Assembly: GCA_965243415.1 (NCBI GenBank)
Contig: OZ251549.1
Location: forward strand, 626,239-690,238
Origin: Candidatus Marinacidobacterium sp.
GTDB lineage: Bacteria; Acidobacteriota; Vicinamibacteria; Marinacidobacterales; Marinacidobacteraceae
DNA: 64,000 nt
Reading direction: 5' to 3'
This document shows positions 8,627 to 18,121 of this stretch, piece after piece; position 1 is the first letter of the stretch; each line of letters starts with the position of its first letter. Made by a program: the position numbers and the translations under genes. The notes under the pieces are model-generated. The model saw nothing but the letters and a program-made list of their open reading frames with translations. It was not told the origin of the DNA and made no database searches.

Positions 8627-11600
8627 AGAGGCCGCGGCGCGGCCCGGCGCTCCGGGATCGCCTGGTGCTGCTCCCGTTCGTCTGCCGGGAGTTCGGCTAC
8701 GAGTCGGTCGCGCAGATGCTGGATCTCCTGCGGGAGGTGCGGCCGGATTTCGAGGTTACCGAGGGCAGCGGCTTCGCGCAGGCGCTCCGCCTCATGGCGC
8801 CGCCGGCGCCCCCCCGGGTGAGCGAGAGCGAACTGCGCCAGTACGACGCCAACATCGCCGGACTCGGCGAACGCCTGCGGATGACGGGAGGCAGCGGCCG
8901 CTCCTGGAAGCCGCACCAGTACCTGGCGCTCCTGTTCACGGAGCGCTACCTGGATCGCTGGTTCACCGACGCGGACGCCCTCTGCCGCGACCTGAATCGG
9001 GCGAAACGGCTCGGGCCGGGCGCGGCGCGATCGGTCCCCGACTACCGCCCCGACGATCTGCGGGTGATGGCGATACAGAGCGCCACCGGTTCGGGCAAGA
9101 CGCTGGTGATGCAGGGCAATCTCCTCCAGTACCGGCGCTACCTGCGCTCGGCGGGGGGACGGCTGAACAACATCATCCTCCTGACCCCGAACGAACAGAT
9201 GTCCGAGCAGCACGAGCGCGACTTCCGGACGAACGGGATCGCGGCGCGTCGGTTCTCGCCGTCGACGCCCCCGGCGCTGCATTCCACGGTGGAGATCCTG
9301 GACCTCAACAAGTTGGCGGAGCGGTCGGGCGTCAAGCGCGTGGCGGTGCAGGATTTCGGCGATGACAACCTGGTGCTGGTGGACGAAGGGCACCTCGGAG
9401 CCTCCGGCCGGGTGTGGCGGCAGCGGCGGGAAGAGTTGGCGCGGGGCGGCTTCACCATGGAGTACTCGGCGACCTTCAACCAGGTCGTGCGGCAGGACGA
9501 CGACCTCCGGGATTCCTACGCCAGGAGTCTGCTCTTCGACTACACCTACCGACAGTTCCACGCCGACGGCTACGGCAAGGACTACACGATCTCCAATCTC
9601 CCGGCGGGCATGGAAGACGCGAACAGCGACCGGTACCTGCTCGGATGCCTGCTGACCTTCTACCAGCAGTGCCGGCTGTTCCGGGACCGCGGATCGCAGT
9701 GGCGCGAATTCCACCCGGCGCGCCCGCTGTGGGTGTTCCTCGGCAAGACGGTACAGGGGTCGAGCCGGACCGATCGCGAGGCGCGCTCCGATGTCGTCCG
9801 CATCGTGGACTTCCTCGGGAGGGTGCTGGCGCGCGGAGACGCGATCCGGCCGATGCTGGAGAGCCTGCTCTCCGGCGACTCCGGACTGCGCGATCCGAGC
9901 GGGGACGGAGACTACTTCGGCTCGCGCTTCCGACATCTCGACGGCGAATGCCCCGACGCTCTCTACGCGGACCTCTGCCGGACGCTGTTCCACGGCCCCG
10001 GGCGGCTCCGCGTGGTCTATCTCGCCTCCGGGGACGGAGAGTTGCACCTGCGGACCGCCGACCACGACCCCTTCGGCGTCGTGAATGTCGGTGACTCGGC
10101 GGCGCTGTACCGGTTGCTCGAGCAGCGGGCGAATCCGGACTTCGACCTGGAACGGAACGCGGGTTTCACCGAGCCCCTGTTCCGGCAGGTGGACCGACCC
10201 GATTCCACGGTGACCGTCGTCGTCGGCGCCCGGCGCTTCATCGCCGGCTGGAACAGTTGGAGGGTGAGCACGATGGGGCTCATGCATGTCGGTGTCCGGG
10301 AGGGGCCGGAGATCATCCAGATGTTCGGCCGGGGCGTACGCCTGAAGGGCTGGCGGATGAGCCTCAAGCGCCACCGGGAGAGCGGAGCGCCCGTTCCGAC
10401 GGACAGCGAGGCATTGTCGGAACTGGAAACCCTGCACATCTACGGCCTTCGGGCGAACTACATGGAGGCCTTCCGGGAGATCGTGCAGGAAGAGGGGATC
10501 GTCCGCGAACCGACGCCGCTGCCCGTGACCTGGAACTTCGCCCGGAGGACGGACCTGAAGATGGTTCGGCTTCGACCGGAACGCGGCTACGCATACTCCG
10601 ACGAGCGGCCCCGGCTGCCCGGCCCGTCGGAAGCCGGCCGCCCCTTCGTGGAGATGGACCTGTATTCGCAGCCCCAGTCCACCGAGTCTCCCGGCGCGGT
10701 CCCGGCGGCGATCGCGCCGCCGAGCGAACGGAACTCGGTGCGACTCTCACCGGAATTCTCGAGTTTCTTCCGGCGGCTGCGCATCTACGACGAGTTGCTG
10801 GCCCGGAAACTCCGGCGGGGCTGGCACAATCTCGTCATCGACCGCGGGACCGTGGACGCCCTGCTCGACGACAACGACTGGTACGACTTGCGGATGTCGG
10901 AACCGCGCGTGCGGGCCGACGGCTTCGCGGGAGTGCGCCGGCTGGAAGATCTCGCGGTGTCGCTGCTCGAAGAGTACGCGGAGGCGTTCTGGCGGAAGAG
11001 TCGCCGGGCCTGGGAACACGAGCGGCTCCAGGTGGTGGAGCTGGATGCCGACGATCCGAACCATCTCCGGGAGTACCGACTCTCCGTGGACGCCCGGGAA
11101 ACGGAATTGGTGGAGGATGTCCGCCGTCTCTCGGAGGGCGTGGAGAACGCGCGTGTCCCGGGGCTCTTCCGGTTGATGGCGCGGGAACACGCCTACCAGC
11201 CGCTGCTCTATGCGGACGAGAAGTGCCGGGTCACCGTCCAGCCGGCGCCGCTGAATCGGAGCGAACGCGATGTGGTCATGAGTCTGGTTTCGATCGCCCG
11301 GACGCAGCCGGCATGTCTGCGGGGACGGGAACTGTTCCTGATCCGGAATCTCACGCGGGGTCGGGGAGTCTCGTTCTTCGACGACTTCTCCTACTACCCG
11401 GATTTCATCCTGTGGCTGAAGAACGACGCGGACCAGCATGTCGTGTTCCTGGACCCGAAGGGGCTGGCGCGTTACGGACGGAGGGAGCGGAAGAAGGTGC
11501 AACTGCATACGGAGATCCGCCGGATCGAGCAGAAGATCCGGACGACGGATCCGACCCTCTTCCTCCACTCCTATGTACTGTCGGTGACGCCGCCGGAACG

Positions 11601-11736
11601 GATCGGGGAAGAAGGCGTCTCGCGCGCCGAATGGGAGGCGAGAGGCGTCCACTTCCTTTCGCGGCCGGACTGCCTGAGCGGCGTCATCACGCATGCGCTG
11701 GATTCCCGGGGAGGAGCGGCGGGTTCGACGGCGTAG
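8623..11736 (+). CDS. Type III Res-like DEAH-box helicase with C-terminal PD-(D/E)xK-like nuclease region
   Basis: Walker A SATGSGKT (9079-9102); DEGH box (9382-9393); motif VI-like QMFGRGVRL; C-terminal YYPDFILWL..VVFLDPKG resembles a D..(D/E)xK nuclease core. Translationally coupled to Mod. Confidence 0.8.
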   Translation: MKRPRRGPALRDRLVLLPFVCREFGYESVAQMLDLLREVRPDFEVTEGSGFAQALRLMAPPAPPRVSESELRQYDANIAGLGERLRMTGGSGRSWKPHQYLALLFTERYLDRWFTDADALCRDLNRAKRLGPGAARSVPDYRPDDLRVMAIQSATGSGKTLVMQGNLLQYRRYLRSAGGRLNNIILLTPNEQMSEQHERDFRTNGIAARRFSPSTPPALHSTVEILDLNKLAERSGVKRVAVQDFGDDNLVLVDEGHLGASGRVWRQRREELARGGFTMEYSATFNQVVRQDDDLRDSYARSLLFDYTYRQFHADGYGKDYTISNLPAGMEDANSDRYLLGCLLTFYQQCRLFRDRGSQWREFHPARPLWVFLGKTVQGSSRTDREARSDVVRIVDFLGRVLARGDAIRPMLESLLSGDSGLRDPSGDGDYFGSRFRHLDGECPDALYADLCRTLFHGPGRLRVVYLASGDGELHLRTADHDPFGVVNVGDSAALYRLLEQRANPDFDLERNAGFTEPLFRQVDRPDSTVTVVVGARRFIAGWNSWRVSTMGLMHVGVREGPEIIQMFGRGVRLKGWRMSLKRHRESGAPVPTDSEALSELETLHIYGLRANYMEAFREIVQEEGIVREPTPLPVTWNFARRTDLKMVRLRPERGYAYSDERPRLPGPSEAGRPFVEMDLYSQPQSTESPGAVPAAIAPPSERNSVRLSPEFSSFFRRLRIYDELLARKLRRGWHNLVIDRGTVDALLDDNDWYDLRMSEPRVRADGFAGVRRLEDLAVSLLEEYAEAFWRKSRRAWEHERLQVVELDADDPNHLREYRLSVDARETELVEDVRRLSEGVENARVPGLFRLMAREHAYQPLLYADEKCRVTVQPAPLNRSERDVVMSLVSIARTQPACLRGRELFLIRNLTRGRGVSFFDDFSYYPDFILWLKNDADQHVVFLDPKGLARYGRRERKKVQLHTEIRRIEQKIRTTDPTLFLHSYVLSVTPPERIGEEGVSRAEWEARGVHFLSRPDCLSGVITHALDSRGGAAGSTA

Positions 11737-11894
11737 TCGGGCCGACCTTCGATCCGTGCGGGGCGCGACCTCCGGGGGGCCGATTCGCGGTCGGGAAAGT
11801 GTGGGACCAAGAGCGTCGCGGGATGTCTCGGGAAGTTCCCGGCCCGGCCGCGGCACGGTCGCTACACGGCGGGTAGGCCCGCGGGAGACGAGTC

Positions 11895-13061
11895 ATGGCG
11901 CCTGAGTCTTCGATGGAGGAGTACCGGACAGCGGCGGGGTTGCCGGCGGGGGAGGCTCGGTCGCTGCCGTTTCCGGTGTATCGCGACCCGGCGGTCTTCG
12001 ACCTGGAGATGGAGCGGATCTTCCGGAGCGACTGGGTCGCCGTCGGCGCGGAGGCGGCGCTCGCCGATCCGGGCGACACGCTGGGGATCGAGATCGGGGG
12101 CGAGCCGGTGGCGCTGGTGCGGGGCGCCGACGGGCGGCTGCGCGCGCTGTCGAACGCCTGTCGGCATCGCGGCACCCTGCTGCTCGACCCCGGCGTCGGC
12201 CGGCTCGACGGCCGGCACCTCGTCTGTCCCTACCACGCCTGGAGTTACAGCGACTCCGGCGAGTTCCGGGGGGCGCCGTATTCGCGCGGCGTCACCATCG
12301 AGCCCGACGCGCACTGTCTGCCGTCGTTCCGGGTGGAGGTCTGGATGGGAGTCGTCTTCGTCTGTCTGGACGAGGCGGCGCCGCCGCTCGCGGAGCGCCT
12401 CGCCGGCATACCGGAACACCTGGCCGAATTCGGGATGGAGGGTTTCACCGAAGCCGCGCCGATCACCGAGGCCGAGATCTGGGGCGCGAACTGGAAACTC
12501 GTCGTCGAGAACGGGATGGAGAGTTACCACCTGTTCCGGGTCCACGAGAAGACCCTGGAGAAGGTCACGCCGACGCGCGGGGCGTACTACCTCGAGGGGT
12601 CCGCGCCCTGGACGCTCACCGGCGGAGCCGTCGTCTCGAATCCGGGGTTCTTCGGGAAGGCGCTCGGCGCGGTACTCGGTTACGACCCCGGGAGCGGCGG
12701 CGATCACTACACGCTGGTATCCATCCCGCCTTCGTTCGTGGGGATCGTTACCGGGGACTCCTGGGACTGGATCGCCGCGCATCCGCTGTCGCCGACTTCG
12801 ACGCGGGTGTTCAGCGGATCGCTCACCCGGGGGAAACCGGACTTCCTCACCCGGGCGTTCTCCCAGTCGTACGCCACCGCCTTCCTCGAAGAGGACCGGA
12901 AGATCTGCGAACGCGGCCAACGGGGCCTGGCGGCGCGCGCTTCGTCCGGCGGACGCCTCGTTCCGCTCGAGCGCGTGGTCGTGGACTTCCATCACTACCT
13001 CGCCTGGAAACTGTTCGGAGAGGAGCCGCCGCCGCGTCACGCCGAAACCCGTCGAGGTTGA
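11895..13061 (+). CDS. Rieske [2Fe-2S] non-heme iron oxygenase alpha subunit
   Basis: Rieske motif CRHRGTLL..CPYHAWSY, followed by a catalytic domain with NWK..EN..ESYH. Confidence 0.85.
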   Translation: MAPESSMEEYRTAAGLPAGEARSLPFPVYRDPAVFDLEMERIFRSDWVAVGAEAALADPGDTLGIEIGGEPVALVRGADGRLRALSNACRHRGTLLLDPGVGRLDGRHLVCPYHAWSYSDSGEFRGAPYSRGVTIEPDAHCLPSFRVEVWMGVVFVCLDEAAPPLAERLAGIPEHLAEFGMEGFTEAAPITEAEIWGANWKLVVENGMESYHLFRVHEKTLEKVTPTRGAYYLEGSAPWTLTGGAVVSNPGFFGKALGAVLGYDPGSGGDHYTLVSIPPSFVGIVTGDSWDWIAAHPLSPTSTRVFSGSLTRGKPDFLTRAFSQSYATAFLEEDRKICERGQRGLAARASSGGRLVPLERVVVDFHHYLAWKLFGEEPPPRHAETRRG

Positions 13062-13232
13062 ACCCGCCGGGAGCGCCGCAGCGCCCTCGCCCGGGCCTCG
13101 CGCCCGCTGCCGGAGGTCGCGGACGGCGCGTCGGTCGGGGAACCGGGATCGGGAACCGGCCGGGTTCGAGCGGGAACGCGGCGCGAGACCGGCAGGGCGC
13201 GACGGGGGGATAATCCGCGCCCGGAGACGACG

Positions 13233-14285
13233 ATGCGCGCCGAGCGGGTGATCCAGGCGGTGGATCTGCATGCCGGGGGGGAGCCGGGGCGGGTGATCGT
13301 GGGCGGCGTGCTCGATGTGCCGGGGGACTCCCTGTTCCGCAAGATGCAGCACCTCCGGGAGCACGGGGACGCGCTGCGGAAGCTGATGCTGCGGGAGCCG
13401 CGCGGGTATCCGGCGGCGAACTGCAACCTGGTGCTGCCGCCGACCCGGGAAGAGGCGGACGCCGGGTTCGTCATCATGGAGCAGACGGAGTACCCGCCGA
13501 TGTCCGGGACGAACACCATGTGCGTGGTCACCGCGCTGCTCGAGACCGGGATGTTGCCGGCGCGGGAGCCGACGACCGAGTTGACGCTCGAAACGCCGGC
13601 GGGACTGATCGAGGTCGAAGCGCGGGTCGAGGGCGGGAAGGTGACGCGGGTGACCTTCGAGAATGTGCCGGCCTTCGCCGTCCATCTGGACGCCGCGGTC
13701 GAGATCCCGACGGTCGGCGAAGTGCGGGTGGATGTGGCCTGGGGCGGGATGTTCTACGCCATCGCCGACGCGGCGCGGTTCGGGCTCACCATCGCCCCGG
13801 AGCACGGGCGGGAACTGGCGCGGTTCGGGGCGATGGTGAAGCAGGCGGCGCGGGAGCAACTGGAGGCGGCCCACCCGGAGAACCCGGAGATCCGGCAGGC
13901 CAGCATCGGCCAACTCGCGGGGCCCTGGGACCGGGAGACGCGCACCGCCTCGAACGCGGTCTCGGTGGCCACCGGGGAGTTGGACTGGAAGCGGCCGGAG
14001 ACCTGGACCGGGGCGCTCGACCGCTCCCCCTGCGGCACCGGCACCTCGGCGCGGATGGCGGTCCTCCATGCGAAGGGGGAGTTGGGGATCGGCGAGGACT
14101 TCCGCAACCTCGGGCCGGTGGGCACCGAGTTCGTCGGGCGTCTGCTGCGGGAGACCGAGGTCGGCGGGCTCCCCGCGGTCGTACCCGAGATCAGCGGCCA
14201 GGCCTGGATCACCGGTACCGCCTCCTATTCGCTCGACCCCTCCGACCCCTTCCCGGAAGGCTTCACCCTGGGCGACATCTGGTAA
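13233..14285 (+). CDS. proline racemase-superfamily enzyme (hydroxyproline epimerase/dehydratase-like) with a Ser/Cys catalytic pair
   Basis: VDLHAGGEPGRVIVGG N-terminus. First catalytic position reads PMSGTN (Ser where Cys is expected). Second position reads DRSPCGTGTSA. Confidence 0.8.
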   Translation: MRAERVIQAVDLHAGGEPGRVIVGGVLDVPGDSLFRKMQHLREHGDALRKLMLREPRGYPAANCNLVLPPTREEADAGFVIMEQTEYPPMSGTNTMCVVTALLETGMLPAREPTTELTLETPAGLIEVEARVEGGKVTRVTFENVPAFAVHLDAAVEIPTVGEVRVDVAWGGMFYAIADAARFGLTIAPEHGRELARFGAMVKQAAREQLEAAHPENPEIRQASIGQLAGPWDRETRTASNAVSVATGELDWKRPETWTGALDRSPCGTGTSARMAVLHAKGELGIGEDFRNLGPVGTEFVGRLLRETEVGGLPAVVPEISGQAWITGTASYSLDPSDPFPEGFTLGDIW

Positions 14286-14318
14286 CCCCGGGGAACGGCG
14301 CCGGCCGGGAAGAAGCGC

Positions 14319-14392
14319 CTTCGAGTTCGACACCCGGCGCCGCAAGTCGTTGATTCTGCGTCCATTCTCCCTCGGACTACACACTACGGCGG
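14319..14392 (+). repeat. AT-rich conserved non-coding element, full copy
   Basis: CTTCGAGTTCGAC..CGCAAGTCGTTGAT..CTACACACTAC. This is the reverse complement of the architecture at 50581-50660 and 51066-51135. Confidence 0.55.
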
Positions 14393-14748
14393 GGATTGTC
14401 GGGGCGTGGCGCCCGACGGGAGGCTCGTCCCCGCAGGAGTCCGTTCGCCGCTCGCCCGCCCCGGTATCGGCCTCCGGGCGGACCGGGAAGGCGGAAGAAG
14501 GTCCGAGTGCGACACCGAGCGCTGCAAGCCCTCGACTGAGTGGCCGTTTGCTCCCCCGATGCCCACTACCGCCACGCTCTCCGGGGAGCGGCCGGCGACG
14601 GGAGACCCGTCGGTGCGCAGGGCCGTTCGCCGCCTCTCCCGGCGGGCCGACACCGGCGGCGGAACCGGGCCGGCGGGCGGAGGCGGCGGGCGGAATAGAA
14701 TCGCGGGTTCCCCGCCGCGCGGGGCCCATCAGGAGGGATCTCCCGATC

Positions 14749-16860
14749 ATGTTGCAGCACCTCGTGTCCCGGTCGTTTTCGGCGGGACCGCGCCCGCTCT
14801 CGCGGCCGGCGCGGTCCCGCCCGTCGCGTCCCGCCCCTCTCCCGGCGCCCGGCGCGGCCTTCGTCGTCGCGCTCGCCGCCGCATCGCTCCTCGCCGGGGC
14901 GGCCGCGGCGCAGGAGCCGGCGAAACTCGTCGTCGAGCCGGTGAGCCTGACGCTCGAAGTCGGCGAGACCGCCGAACTCTCGGCGACCGTCAAGGACGGG
15001 AACGGGAACGCACTGGAACACCCGGTGCTGTTCTTCTCCCGGGCGCGCCGCTTCGTGGGGGTGAACCCGGCGGGGATGGTCGAGGCGCACCGCCCCGGCG
15101 AGCACACCCTGGTGGCGATGGCGCCGCGCGACCCGGAGGCGATGGACCGCCGCGCCGACATGGCGCTCATGGTCGAGATCCCGGTGACCGTCGCCTTCCC
15201 GTCGCTCGAGAGCATCTCGGTGGCGCCGCTCCCGGCGAACCTCTATGCCGGAACCTCGCTCCCGGTGGGCGCGACGGCCCTCGACGCCTCCGGGGCGGAA
15301 CGGAAGCCGGACTTCACCTGGGAGTCGAGTGATCCCGGCGTGGCCTCGGTGGACGAGTACGGGACGCTGCGGCTCCACGCGGAGGGCCGGGCCACGCTCT
15401 CGGCGAGCGCCGAGTCGGTCCGGGGCGAGGCTGCCCTCACCGTCCGGGCGAACCCGGCGACGCGGCTCGAACTCACGGCGGACGCCGAGGAGGCGCGCAC
15501 CGGGGATGTGGTGTGGTTCCACGCCCGGGCGCTCGACGGCGGCGGGAACGAGGTCCCCGACTTCCCGCTGCAGTTCGCCGCCTTCACCCGCACCCCGGAC
15601 AACCTGGTGGCCCCCGGCGCGGCGGCCTTCGTGGAGCCGGACGGCGCCTTCGTGGCCGAGCGGCCCGGCCTCCACACGGTGGTGGTCTCCGGCGGCGGGC
15701 TGACCGCGCGGCAGGCGGTCCGCGCCACGCCCCGGAATGTGCGGAAGGACTGGGAGATCGTCGGCCGGGGGCCGGTGCGCGACCGCCACACCTCCGACCT
15801 CTGGGTGTGGGAAGGGCTGGACGGGCGCGACTACGCGGTCACCGGCACCTGGGGCGCCGACGGGCACGCCTACTTCTGGGATGTGACCGACCCGGCGAGC
15901 ATCCACCTGGTGGACACGGTGCGGGTGGACGCCCGGACGGTGAACGATGTGAAGGTCTCCCCCGACGGCCGCTTCGCGGTCATCGGCCGGGAGGGCGCCT
16001 CCAACCGGAAGAACGGGCTGGTCATCCTCGATGTGGCGAACCCGACGGACGGCGTGCGGATCCTCGCCCGCTACGACGATGAACTCTCCGGCGGCGTCCA
16101 CAATGTGTTCGTCGCCGAACAGCACATCCTGGCGCTCTCCGCGGGGCGGCGTTACGACATCCTGAACGCGGAAGACCCGGCGAATCCCTACCGCGTGGGG
16201 CGCTTCGAACTGGATACCCCGGGGCACGGCATCCACGATGTCTGGGTGAAGGACGGCGTCGCCTGGTCCTCGAACTGGGCCGACGGCGTCGTCGCGGTGG
16301 ACATCGGCGGCGGCGGCAAGGGCGGCGCGCCGAACAACCCGGTGATGATGGGCAGTTTCCGTTATCCGAACGGCTGGAACCACGCCGGTTTCCCGTACCG
16401 CAGCGAGTCCACCGGGAAGATGCTGGTCTTCGCCGGGGACGAGAACTTCCCCTATTCGTTCGAGCCCGAAGGCGATCTGCCCGACCGCGCCGCCGGGTGG
16501 GTCCACATCGGGGAATGGGACGAATCCGGCGAGGGCCGGGAAGTGGCGCGCTACCAGGTGCCCGAAGCCGGCAGCCACAACCTCTGGGTCGAGGACGACA
16601 TCCTCTATGTGGGCTACTACAACGGCGGCCTGCGGGTGGTGGATGTCTCCGGCGAACTGCGCGGCGACCTCTACCAGCAGGGCCGGGAGATCGCCTTCTT
16701 CGAACCGGCGGATCCCGAGGGTTACAAGAAGAACGCCCCCTTCGTCTGGGGGCCGCAACCGTTCAAGGGACACATCTTCTTCTCCGACTGGAACTCCGGT
16801 CTCTGGGCGGTGAAGTTGGTGGACCCGGAAACGCCCCGGAACATGGGTGAGCCGAATTGA
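14749..16860 (+). CDS. secreted Big_2 (bacterial Ig-like) plus LVIVD-repeat beta-propeller protein, paralog A
   Basis: AGGAGGG RBS at 14731; signal peptide; Ig-like segments (LTLEVGETAELSATVKD); LVILDV and similar LVIVD repeats. High identity to 18122-20209. Confidence 0.8.
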   Translation: MLQHLVSRSFSAGPRPLSRPARSRPSRPAPLPAPGAAFVVALAAASLLAGAAAAQEPAKLVVEPVSLTLEVGETAELSATVKDGNGNALEHPVLFFSRARRFVGVNPAGMVEAHRPGEHTLVAMAPRDPEAMDRRADMALMVEIPVTVAFPSLESISVAPLPANLYAGTSLPVGATALDASGAERKPDFTWESSDPGVASVDEYGTLRLHAEGRATLSASAESVRGEAALTVRANPATRLELTADAEEARTGDVVWFHARALDGGGNEVPDFPLQFAAFTRTPDNLVAPGAAAFVEPDGAFVAERPGLHTVVVSGGGLTARQAVRATPRNVRKDWEIVGRGPVRDRHTSDLWVWEGLDGRDYAVTGTWGADGHAYFWDVTDPASIHLVDTVRVDARTVNDVKVSPDGRFAVIGREGASNRKNGLVILDVANPTDGVRILARYDDELSGGVHNVFVAEQHILALSAGRRYDILNAEDPANPYRVGRFELDTPGHGIHDVWVKDGVAWSSNWADGVVAVDIGGGGKGGAPNNPVMMGSFRYPNGWNHAGFPYRSESTGKMLVFAGDENFPYSFEPEGDLPDRAAGWVHIGEWDESGEGREVARYQVPEAGSHNLWVEDDILYVGYYNGGLRVVDVSGELRGDLYQQGREIAFFEPADPEGYKKNAPFVWGPQPFKGHIFFSDWNSGLWAVKLVDPETPRNMGEPN

Positions 16861-16886
16861 GGGAGAACCCGTTGAAGCACACTGCC

Positions 16887-18047
16887 ATGAAGAACGAATC
16901 CTCGGCCTTCCTCCGGCTGGCCGCAGCGGCGACCGGGGCGGCGCTCGTCGTCGCCTCGACGGCTGCCGTGGCCGCGACCGCCCCGGAGCCGCCGACGCGC
17001 AACTACTTCGTCTATGTCTGCGCCGAGTCGGACGACACGGTGCACCTGGTCCGCTTCGGGCCCCGCGGCCTGGAAGAAGTGGACAGGATCGTCGTCGGGA
17101 GTTTCCCCACCGAGACCGAAGGCCCGCACGGCATCCGCATCTCCCCCGATGGCCGCCACTGGTATCTGTCCATCGCGCACGGGATGCCTTTCGGCTCGCT
17201 CCACAAGTACGAGACCGGGACGAACGAATGGCTCGGCGACGCCACGCTGGGCATGTTCCCGGCGACCATGGACATCTCGCCGAGCACCGGGCTGCTCTAT
17301 GTGGTGAACTTCAACCTCCACGGCGACATGGTCCCGAGCACCATCTCGGTGGTCGAGACCGGGACCATGATCGAAGTGGCGACCATTGACACCGGCGTGA
17401 TGCCGCACGGCGCCCGCGCCGACCGCAGCGGCGGCCGCATCTACTCGGTCAACATGATGGACGACGAACTGGTGGAAGTGGACGCCACCCGTTTCGAGAT
17501 CTCCCGCCGCCTGGCGCTGGGAACCGACCCGGCGATGGATCATTCCGCCCACGCCGGCAGGGCGCACGGAGGCAGCGGCGACGCGATGGAGATGAAGATG
17601 CCCACGGTGAAACCCACCTGGGCGACCAGTCCCACGCCGGCGGGCAAGGTCTATGTGGCGGGGAACGGCGACAGCGCCATCTACGAGGTCGATCTCGAGG
17701 ATTGGCGCATCTCCCGGCGATTCGACGCCGGGCCGGGGGAGAACCCCTACAACCTGGAAGCGACCTCTGACGGCGGGCGGCTCATCGCCACCTACAAGTC
17801 CGGCGGCAAGGTCGGCTTCTGGGATCTCGACGCCGGCGAAGCGGTGGCCGTCCCGGAGACCACCCGGCGGGTGCCGCACGGGGTGGTGGTTTCCGACGAC
17901 GACCGCTACGCCTTCGTGACCCTCGAGGGGATCGGGGGGGAACCGGGGACCGTCGAGGTCTATGACATCGCCGCGGCGGAACGGGTCGCCGACCTCGCCG
18001 TGGGCAAACAGGCCGGCGGCATCGCGTTCTGGAAGGGCGAGCCGTGA
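16887..18047 (+). CDS. YVTN-family beta-propeller repeat protein (YncE-like), secreted
   Basis: Signal peptide; repeated 'GPHGIRISPDG', 'MPHGARAD' and 'VPHGVVVSDD' propeller blades. Confidence 0.7.
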   Translation: MKNESSAFLRLAAAATGAALVVASTAAVAATAPEPPTRNYFVYVCAESDDTVHLVRFGPRGLEEVDRIVVGSFPTETEGPHGIRISPDGRHWYLSIAHGMPFGSLHKYETGTNEWLGDATLGMFPATMDISPSTGLLYVVNFNLHGDMVPSTISVVETGTMIEVATIDTGVMPHGARADRSGGRIYSVNMMDDELVEVDATRFEISRRLALGTDPAMDHSAHAGRAHGGSGDAMEMKMPTVKPTWATSPTPAGKVYVAGNGDSAIYEVDLEDWRISRRFDAGPGENPYNLEATSDGGRLIATYKSGGKVGFWDLDAGEAVAVPETTRRVPHGVVVSDDDRYAFVTLEGIGGEPGTVEVYDIAAAERVADLAVGKQAGGIAFWKGEP

Positions 18048-18121
18048 GGCCCGCCGCCGGACGCCCCTTCCCCCGGCCGGAAACCCCGCCGGAAGCCCGG
18101 GTCAACTCCCAGGAGAACGAC

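Noticed and set aside
5606-10437. 989-aa and 641-aa minus-strand ORFs (5606-8575 and 8512-10437) opposite the R-M genes
   Set aside because: These are low-complexity Arg/Pro/Glu-rich translations with no motifs. The plus-strand frames carry complete methyltransferase and helicase motif sets.
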